Positions 7,439-13,336 of a stretch of DNA of 59,503 nt are shown here, piece by piece (positions within the stretch are counted from its first letter, which is position 1; the number at the start of each line of letters is the position of its first letter). Under the pieces are notes generated by a model. It worked only from the letters and a program-made list of their open reading frames with translations. It was not told the DNA's origin and made no database searches. The stretch is from contig JAZSLF010000141.1 of the NCBI GenBank assembly GCA_045535205.1, positions 1 to 59,503 on the forward strand. The letters are read 5' to 3'. A program made the translations under genes and the position numbers. The stretch is from Eubacteriales bacterium (GTDB lineage Bacteria; Bacillota; Clostridia; Oscillospirales; CAG-272).

Positions 7439-8629
7439 TCAATCCCTCCTCAATTCTTCAAATACTTCCGGCTCATCACCGGCAAATTCATAATAGATCG
7501 TATTCATTCCAACACGAACTCCGACAATGTGCAACAAAGGAATACCGATCTCAAACAGCGTTTTATCAAGAAAATCCTCAGTTCCGTTTACGGAGTGGAA
7601 GCTGTCAAAGGACATCTGATTTCCGCATTTTTCACAAGTGAGCATTTCGCCTTTAAGCTTATGCACAGGCATATAAAGCTCTTTATGTTCGCCGCAAGTA
7701 CATTTTCCGACAGCGGCAATATCTCTGTCAAACTCAACGACAGCCTTCTCGCCCAGCTCCGAACGGCCGACGCTGAGAAGCTCGGCAAGGGTCATGGTTC
7801 TGACAGACCAATCCTTTTCCACTATGTTAGTATAGGTGTCGTGACTCATGCAGTCTGCCTTCTCCTGATACTCTACAACGTAGGAATCGTGGGTCAGACC
7901 GTTAAATACGTAGCCCTTTCCTGCTAACGTAGGAAGCTCTCTGTCACTGTGAAGCAGCTTCAGCATCTCCTGCACCTGAATACCCGCAATAACAGATGAC
8001 GATGTGGGAGTTGTCGGTATCTTGCCCTCTGCCATCTGTTCATGTGTAAGCAGAGCGCAGGATTTTCTCTTGTTAATCAATCTCCAGTCTGTTTCCGTCA
8101 TGGTGCATTCATAGCACGCACCCTGACCGGGTATAAACACACGGGCAAATCCGTTTAAGGCTTCAATTGCTCCGTCTATCCAAGGCTTGTCCACCTTATA
8201 GCAGGACTGATTGATCGCAAGACGAGCCTCTCTGTTGTCAAGTCCGCCGAGAACTACGCTCATTCTGCGAAACACACCCAAACCGACATCGTCAATTATG
8301 TTTGCAATAAAAGCCTTAGCCTTGACGTCGGGATTGATCTCCATCGCCCTTTCAGATGCCACCTCGGCTTTGTATCTGCCTACGTCTTTTGCACGATATA
8401 AGACAGAACGTGTGAGGTTGGTATTTTCAATACCGTCCATATCAAATATAAGAATTTTTCCTATTCCAAGCAAGGCAAGGTTTTTTATAAGCTCATTACC
8501 GATCGCTCCTGCGCCCACGACCATGACCGTGGCATTGTTCAGGCGATCCTGATCCCACCACGGTATAAGTCTAAGCCTACTGTATCGGTCTTCTTCAAAA
8601 TCAGAATTGTTTAATTCAATGTTTTCCAT
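7439..8629 (-). CDS. E1-like ubiquitin-activating enzyme (ThiF/MoeB/UBA superfamily)
   Basis: The nucleotide loop is VMVVGAGAIGNE. Other superfamily motifs are FDMDGIENTNLTRS and GLDNREAR. The CYEC ... CEKCG zinc site is present. The candidate catalytic Cys sits in NKRKSCALL. An extra C-terminal domain of about 120 aa is in the UFD position. Confidence 0.85.
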   Translation of the reverse strand: MENIELNNSDFEEDRYSRLRLIPWWDQDRLNNATVMVVGAGAIGNELIKNLALLGIGKILIFDMDGIENTNLTRSVLYRAKDVGRYKAEVASERAMEINPDVKAKAFIANIIDDVGLGVFRRMSVVLGGLDNREARLAINQSCYKVDKPWIDGAIEALNGFARVFIPGQGACYECTMTETDWRLINKRKSCALLTHEQMAEGKIPTTPTSSSVIAGIQVQEMLKLLHSDRELPTLAGKGYVFNGLTHDSYVVEYQEKADCMSHDTYTNIVEKDWSVRTMTLAELLSVGRSELGEKAVVEFDRDIAAVGKCTCGEHKELYMPVHKLKGEMLTCEKCGNQMSFDSFHSVNGTEDFLDKTLFEIGIPLLHIVGVRVGMNTIYYEFAGDEPEVFEELRRD

Positions 8630-8640
8630 CGCATCACCTA

Positions 8641-9372
8641 TTATTTGGCATTAGACAAGCTTCTCATTTTTACGATAAAATAGAATAAGAAGATAAGACC
8701 GATTGCGATAAGTAAATTTCCAAAGCCTGCAGCTACGATCTCAGCTAAAGCTCTGACGTTGTTGGCAGTCTGAGCCGCAGCATTCTGAATACCCGTATAT
8801 GCATCGCCGCCGTACGAACTTGCAGATTCATAAGCACCCGTATACTTTGAAAGAGTCGAAAAGCCTAAAATCATTGACACAATACTTGCGAGCATTCCGA
8901 ATATGCAGGGAATTCTGCCTTTGATTTTTTTCTTGGCTTTTTGGGGACTTTCGTCGGGAGCAACTGTGTATTTAGGGCCTGTGCTGTACGAGGGCGCCGC
9001 ATTATAATTGGGAGCGCTTGTCTGAGGAGCTGTCAGAGACGCACCGCACTTGCTGCAGAATAATTCTCCGTCATTTTCCGCATTTCCGCACTGTGAACAA
9101 ACTGCGCCTGCGGTGATCTCGGGCTGAAGACGAAGAACGTCGCCGTCTTTGATACCCGCTTCGCCGAGCGTCTGAGCTTCAAGAAGCTGACGGCCCGTTA
9201 CCTTATGTATGAATTTATAGCTGATGGGGTTGCCGTCGGGGCCAACTGAGGGAAGCTTGATCTTCTCAACAAGCTTTACCATGATAATCCCGCATTTAAT
9301 ATCGTCAGGCAAACCAACCTTCTGCTCTTTATTACCTGTTGCATCTACGATAACTACATTAACTTTTCCCAT
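8641..9372 (-). CDS. Ubiquitin-like beta-grasp domain - zinc ribbon - 2 TM protein (Ubl precursor candidate)
   Basis: Aa 1-89, KVNVVIVDATGNKEQKVGLPDD...TLGEAGIKDGDVLRLQPEITAG, shows a Ub/YukD-like pattern and ends in LRL...AG (Gly89 = 9106-9108). CSQCG...FCSKCG follows. Two hydrophobic helices are IPCIFGMLASIVSMILGF and LAEIVAAGFGNLLIAIGLIFLFYFIV. RBS AGGAGAAAC. Confidence 0.75.
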   Translation of the reverse strand: MGKVNVVIVDATGNKEQKVGLPDDIKCGIIMVKLVEKIKLPSVGPDGNPISYKFIHKVTGRQLLEAQTLGEAGIKDGDVLRLQPEITAGAVCSQCGNAENDGELFCSKCGASLTAPQTSAPNYNAAPSYSTGPKYTVAPDESPQKAKKKIKGRIPCIFGMLASIVSMILGFSTLSKYTGAYESASSYGGDAYTGIQNAAAQTANNVRALAEIVAAGFGNLLIAIGLIFLFYFIVKMRSLSNAK

Positions 9373-9525
9373 TTTGTTTCTCCTGCTTTTTTAATAGATT
9401 TTATAATAGTACATTCCTTAATGAATGTTATGTTTGAAAAATAATAAGTTCAAGAGGAACCCAAAGCGCCGCATTTTCCAAGCGGTGCCCGTAAACTGAG
9501 TTCTGTTTTTAATATTTCATTGAAA

Positions 9526-9864
9526 TTAAATTTTTTGTCCGCACTTTGAACAAAAAGCCTGACCGCTTCGCAGCGCCGCACCGCATCTAGAGCAGAATTT
9601 CGGTGCTGAGTTCTTAGGACTGCCGCATTTTGCGCAGAATAACTCTCCTGCACCAAAAACGTAACCGCATCTGACACAAACGTCTGAAGTGCCACTTTCA
9701 GCTTCATGATCTCGTTCCAGACAGCCAAAGGTCGTACACCCGTCATTTTCACGCCAACAGTCTATATGATGCGGAATATTACAAGCGGGACATACTTTGA
9801 TTTCTTCATCCTCTTTTATCGGGGTTTTACAAAAAGGACAAATCTTTCCAACATAATTTTCCAT
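9526..9864 (-). CDS. Soluble RING-like (prokaryotic RING/treble-clef) protein with two zinc ribbons (RING-2)
   Basis: CPFCKTPIKEDEEIKVCPACNIPHHIDCWRENDGCTTFGC is a paralog of the RING-1 N-terminus. CVRCG..FCAKCG and FCSRCG..FCSKCG follow. No TM segment. RBS GGAGG. Confidence 0.8.
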   Translation of the reverse strand: MENYVGKICPFCKTPIKEDEEIKVCPACNIPHHIDCWRENDGCTTFGCLERDHEAESGTSDVCVRCGYVFGAGELFCAKCGSPKNSAPKFCSRCGAALRSGQAFCSKCGQKI

Positions 9865-9875
9865 ATAAACCTCCG

Positions 9876-10916
9876 TTAGTTGATTACGGGAAGACCGCTG
9901 ACAATGCTTTCCACGCTGTCACTTGCATCTGAAACCAACGTAGCCATCTCGCTTATCGTATCAAGCGCATCGTTTACACTTTTAGAAGAATAATATCCCG
10001 TACCGTAATAAAGATCACCCAATTCTGTTTCTATAGTTGAAAGTGCAGAGATATATTTTACACACAATTCGTCACCGGTAGAGACTTCCTTTGCGGCAGC
10101 TACGGCATTTTCAGCACTCGTATGTGCGTATCCTGCGTACAGCTTTGTAACGTAATAGGATGATGACTTTGCAGCACTTGTTACATTTTCAATACACTCC
10201 GAACAATCGCTCATCGAATTGAGAACGCATCTACTGACACCGTTGTACTTTACATAGTCGGAAAGCTCTAATACTTGCGATATGTAACGCCTGACGTTTG
10301 TACCATCAGAGGAGTTTATTCTCAACAATCCACCGATAACGTCGTACATTTCATACTTCTCAAGAAGCTCCGTATTAACAAGCCAACCCGACAGCTCGAC
10401 ATACTGGTTATCGGAAACCTCGTCTACGAACGCATCTATGATCTTGTCTCTGAATAACATCTGCCCGATGGGAGTCAACGAATTATAATTCGATTCAATG
10501 ATCGTATATGACGGATCTGAAGATTTTATTTCATCAATTATGCTTTCTGCCATTCCGTTTAAATGAACATATCCGCCGATGGCAGCTGCCGCAAGAATTC
10601 CGACAATTATTAATATTACGACAAGTGCCTTTGATTTTGACTTTTTCTTCTTTTCTTGTTGTACGATGTTTTGATTGAATTGTGAAATAGCATCAGACAC
10701 CTGAGGAGAGTTCGGCTGCGGTGAATAGGTCTCTCCCTTCTTGTGACCGCAATTAGTACAAAACACCTTGTTTTCCGTCAATTCAGTTCCGCAAAATGCG
10801 CATACAACGATGCCATTTCCGTTGCTTTCGGGTGCTGACTGATTATCAGCTGTCTGAGATACAGCATCTGACACCTCAGAGGTTTGATCCATTACCAAAT
10901 TTTTTTCGTCATTCAT
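9876..10916 (-). CDS. Zinc-ribbon - TM - extracytoplasmic domain protein (unknown function)
   Basis: The N-terminal ribbon is CAFCGTEL..FCTNCGHK. The TM helix is ALVVILIIVGILAAAAIGGYV. I do not recognise the ectodomain of about 220 aa. RBS AAGGAGA. Confidence 0.7.
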   Translation of the reverse strand: MNDEKNLVMDQTSEVSDAVSQTADNQSAPESNGNGIVVCAFCGTELTENKVFCTNCGHKKGETYSPQPNSPQVSDAISQFNQNIVQQEKKKKSKSKALVVILIIVGILAAAAIGGYVHLNGMAESIIDEIKSSDPSYTIIESNYNSLTPIGQMLFRDKIIDAFVDEVSDNQYVELSGWLVNTELLEKYEMYDVIGGLLRINSSDGTNVRRYISQVLELSDYVKYNGVSRCVLNSMSDCSECIENVTSAAKSSSYYVTKLYAGYAHTSAENAVAAAKEVSTGDELCVKYISALSTIETELGDLYYGTGYYSSKSVNDALDTISEMATLVSDASDSVESIVSGLPVIN

Positions 10917-10933
10917 ATTTTCTCCTTATTCTT

Positions 10934-11599
10934 TTATCCTTGAGGCAAACACGTGCCGCAAGGTTCATATTCTCCTGTTTCAAATTGTTCTACGGTTAAT
11001 CTGCTTGTATTACTTTTGTTTTTTACGTGAATACAGTCTGCCTGATGATACTTGTTACCGGTCTCGGTAATCACGTAATCCCCATAGTATTCCTTATCCC
11101 TTGTAAGCCATCCGACTCCGATCAGCCCAGCAATAAGAATCAGGCACACTGCGCTCAGCCAAACTTTATTTTTATTAACGAAAAACGCTCCTTTGTCAAT
11201 TATTGACGGATTAGTCAAGCTGTAGACAAACTCGTTTGACTCAGCCTCTTGCTGAACGTCACGTCCCAGATAGGTGTTTTCCTCGATATGTCCGCAAAAA
11301 ATATGACCTTCCTCATGAAGCAAGACATTAAACTTTTCATCTGCCGACAGATCCTCATGCACAAAAACAAGTCTGTTTTTAGCGTCTGCATAAGTGAAAC
11401 CCTTTCTCTCCGAAACGAGACGGTCTAAGTTTAACCGTTCAATAATCAACGCCACATCTTCATCGTTAAATATGGAGTTGAATTCAATTATCGTATAACC
11501 TTGAGATGCGATAATTCTTTTCAGTCTTTCCGCAGTCGGACAGATAAGACCGTACTTTTTTCTGAAAGCTTTAGCGGCTTTTTTTCCCGATACACTCAT
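10934..11599 (-). CDS. ImmA/IrrE-family zinc metallopeptidase with TM helix and C-terminal H/C metal-binding motif
   Basis: HEXXH lies in LLHEEGHIFCGH. The TM helix is VWLSAVCLILIAGLIGVGWL. The C-terminal motif is YHQADCIHV...YEPCGTC. The start overlaps the XRE stop (ATGA). Confidence 0.75.
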   Translation of the reverse strand: MSVSGKKAAKAFRKKYGLICPTAERLKRIIASQGYTIIEFNSIFNDEDVALIIERLNLDRLVSERKGFTYADAKNRLVFVHEDLSADEKFNVLLHEEGHIFCGHIEENTYLGRDVQQEAESNEFVYSLTNPSIIDKGAFFVNKNKVWLSAVCLILIAGLIGVGWLTRDKEYYGDYVITETGNKYHQADCIHVKNKSNTSRLTVEQFETGEYEPCGTCLPQG

Positions 11600-12207
11600 A
11601 ATTTACCGTTCCCGCTTCCCTTAACATTTTTCAGCGCCCGCTTCACAGCCTCGTCATCCTTGGTTATACCCTTGCTAAACGATCTGCCGTCGAAAGACTT
11701 TATCACAGCCTCACCCGGAAGATTACTGCACCGTGCATACTCCACCATTATCAACGTGCGTATTGCGTGAATGGCTTGTTCGTCGAGAATATCTTTTATG
11801 TTTTCGATTGAAATTCCGACAAGCCGTTCAAAGCTCGTAAAGTCTTCGCTTTCGTTTATACGATCTACCAGCTCTGAGGGAAATGCCGATATGGCTCTGA
11901 TCATTTTGTGTGTCGATTGATTGTAATCGAAAAAAAAGATCAAGGAAAGATACGTATTCCACGACATTTTTCTGTCTTTACGCTCGATCCAACCATAGTT
12001 TTGTCTTGAAATACCTATTATCTTTGCGAGTGCTTCTTGAGATATGTCAGCCTTCGCTCTCAACATCGGTAATTCGTCTGTAAGAATGTCTATGTATCTG
12101 TCTTTTTCTTCGGGTGTGATCTGCCATCTTTCTTTACTGTCCAAGATTTTCATCTCCTTCCCCGTTTTTTCGTAGAGTATTTTACTATACGAAAATGTTT
12201 GTTTCAT
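11596..12207 (-). CDS. XRE-family helix-turn-helix regulator
   Basis: The HTH is ISQEALAKIIGISRQNYGWIERKDRKMSW. The ATG at 12207 overlaps the recombinase stop (ATGA) and reads through IR-L. An alternative start is ATG 12153 (MKILDSKERW), preceded by GGGGAAGGAG. Confidence 0.8.
   Translation of the reverse strand: MKQTFSYSKILYEKTGKEMKILDSKERWQITPEEKDRYIDILTDELPMLRAKADISQEALAKIIGISRQNYGWIERKDRKMSWNTYLSLIFFFDYNQSTHKMIRAISAFPSELVDRINESEDFTSFERLVGISIENIKDILDEQAIHAIRTLIMVEYARCSNLPGEAVIKSFDGRSFSKGITKDDEAVKRALKNVKGSGNGKL
12167..12201. repeat. IR-L: 35-bp perfect inverted repeat flanking the recombinase gene (candidate recombination core site)
   Basis: TTTTCGTAGAGTATTTTACTATACGAAAATGTTTG is the exact reverse complement of 13301-13335. 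It contains an internal dyad, TTTTCGTAGAGTA / TACTATACGAAAA (13-nt arms, 1 mismatch), like the paired arms of tyrosine-recombinase core sites. Confidence 0.9.
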
Positions 12208-13157
12208 TCGTAATTCAGTTTTTTCAGATTTTGCCGTTTCATCTCAAAAGAGGAATGTACGTATCTGTTAAGAGTTATATTTACGTTTGAATGTCCGAGC
12301 GTTTCACTTAATGTTTTTACGTCAACACCAACCTCTACACACCGTGTTGCAAACGTATGCCGCAAGGTGTGAAAGCTAACGTTTTCTATTGAAAGCTTTT
12401 GCATTATCTTATTAAATCTGTTTTCCATTGTTCTCGGTTCGATAAATCTGTCGGCATCTCCCGTTAAAATATATGCTCCCTTTCTGTATTCTGCTGCCGC
12501 CAGTCTCTCCATTATAAAATCCTGTATAGGAATTTCTCTCACAGAGCTTTTGCTTTTGGGCGCTGTTATTGAAATATATGTTTTGTTGTTATCGTTGTCC
12601 CGCTTATGCTGAAGTCTCTGCATTGTTTTTGTTATGGTTACTTTTTTCGTCTCCATATCAAAATCCTCTATATTCAGAGCACACAGTTCCCCTATTCTTA
12701 TACCCGTATAGAAGGCAATAAGTATTCCAAGCTCAGTAAAACCCGTTTGCGTCATCAGATATTGATTTACAATAGCTTGTTCTTTGTGCGAAAGCACCTT
12801 TAATTTAACGTCAGGCTGTTTTACGGATAACAAGGTTGGGTTACAAGAAAGAGAATATCCGAGTGTTTCTGCATAATGTAGAATTGCTTTTATTATGATC
12901 GCTATGTCGCAAACGGTTTTTTGTGACAGTCCTCCGCTGTAATCGAGCCGTCCGTCTGTGGAAAAACCGATTATTGTTTCTTCTAATTTTAATAACGTTA
13001 AATCTTCTATCAGCTCGTTGCCAAGCTTTGCTTCAATATGATTTTTTAACAAATTATAATAATGAATATAGGTTGATCTTTTGGTGGTTGTTTCTTTCTT
13101 TTTGATCCATAGCTCAGCTACGTTTCTGAAATATATTTGATTATTTGAAAATACCAT
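12204..13157 (-). CDS. Tyrosine site-specific recombinase (phage-integrase family, short form without arm-binding domain)
   Basis: An N-terminal SAM-like core-binding region is present. The catalytic contexts are TGIRIGELCAL (Arg), HTLRHTFAT (HxxR) and GHSNVNITLNRYVH (His/Tyr). 317 aa. RBS AGGAGG. Confidence 0.9.
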   Translation of the reverse strand: MVFSNNQIYFRNVAELWIKKKETTTKRSTYIHYYNLLKNHIEAKLGNELIEDLTLLKLEETIIGFSTDGRLDYSGGLSQKTVCDIAIIIKAILHYAETLGYSLSCNPTLLSVKQPDVKLKVLSHKEQAIVNQYLMTQTGFTELGILIAFYTGIRIGELCALNIEDFDMETKKVTITKTMQRLQHKRDNDNNKTYISITAPKSKSSVREIPIQDFIMERLAAAEYRKGAYILTGDADRFIEPRTMENRFNKIMQKLSIENVSFHTLRHTFATRCVEVGVDVKTLSETLGHSNVNITLNRYVHSSFEMKRQNLKKLNYE

Positions 13158-13256
13158 ATAAACCTCCTGTAAAGCATATCTGATTTTGAATAATGATTTT
13201 ATTTTCCAACGATTTCGTCAAAAAAATTTAAAATTCAACATAATATCGAAAAAACA

Positions 13257-13285
13257 TTGACAAATATGATACCATTTTGTATAAT
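13257..13285 (+). promoter_or_regulatory. Consensus sigma-A promoter inside the IR-bounded segment, facing outward (away from the operon in this orientation)
   Basis: TTGACA (13257-13262), exactly 17 nt, TATAAT (13280-13285). The predicted transcription start is near 13292, so the transcript begins just before IR-R. Confidence 0.7.
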
Positions 13286-13300
13286 AATTGAGTAACAACG

Positions 13301-13335
13301 CAAACATTTTCGTATAGTAAAATACTCTACGAAAA
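13301..13335. repeat. IR-R: 35-bp perfect inverted repeat partner
   Basis: CAAACATTTTCGTATAGTAAAATACTCTACGAAAA is the reverse complement of 12167-12201. Confidence 0.9.
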
Positions 13336-13336
13336 T

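Larger units (their letters stand above)
1145..13335. mobile_element. Putative genomic island (tRNA-Pro-proximal; recombinase at the distal end) carrying the Ubl/E1/E2/RING/JAB operon
   Basis: The region runs from the duplicated tRNA-Pro 3' end on the left to a tyrosine recombinase with a 35-bp inverted repeat on the right. All 12 genes share one strand. An XRE/ImmA module typical of mobile elements is present. No flanking direct repeat pair delimiting the whole island was found, so the borders are provisional. Confidence 0.4.

Noticed and set aside
1369-9372. Assignment to the Bub (oxyester) or Bil families
   Set aside because: The E2 keeps a Cys after HPN and the E1 keeps a loop Cys, which argues for thioester chemistry. 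RING-like genes, TM anchors and an FHA domain are present, and the Ubl has a long C-terminal extension. I cannot exclude distant relatedness without a search, so the system is left unclassified.
9450-9752. 100-aa minus-strand ORF overlapping RING-2 and the intergenic gap
   Set aside because: It lies out of frame over the motif-bearing RING-2 gene and has no RBS.
1369-13157. Prophage or ICE interpretation of the island
   Set aside because: It has no capsid, tail, terminase, replication, relaxase or type IV secretion genes. Only a recombinase plus an XRE/ImmA module are present.
766-13335. tRNA-Pro as the attachment site used by the recombinase at 12204-13157, with the island bounded by attL/attR
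   Set aside because: I found no copy of the tRNA 3' sequence (GTCTCGCCACTTCGACCA) between 13158 and 13466 or elsewhere in the window. The recombinase sits at the tRNA-distal end. The only tRNA-derived repeat pair encloses just 220 bp. The island may still be mobile, but this mechanism is unsupported.
12167-13335. IS-like transposon with terminal inverted repeats
   Set aside because: The enclosed enzyme is a tyrosine recombinase, not a DDE transposase. I found no target-site duplication flanking the IRs. IR-L lies inside or abuts the XRE reading frame, which is ATGA-coupled to the recombinase. The inversion-switch or operator explanations fit better, though a mobile cassette is not fully excluded.
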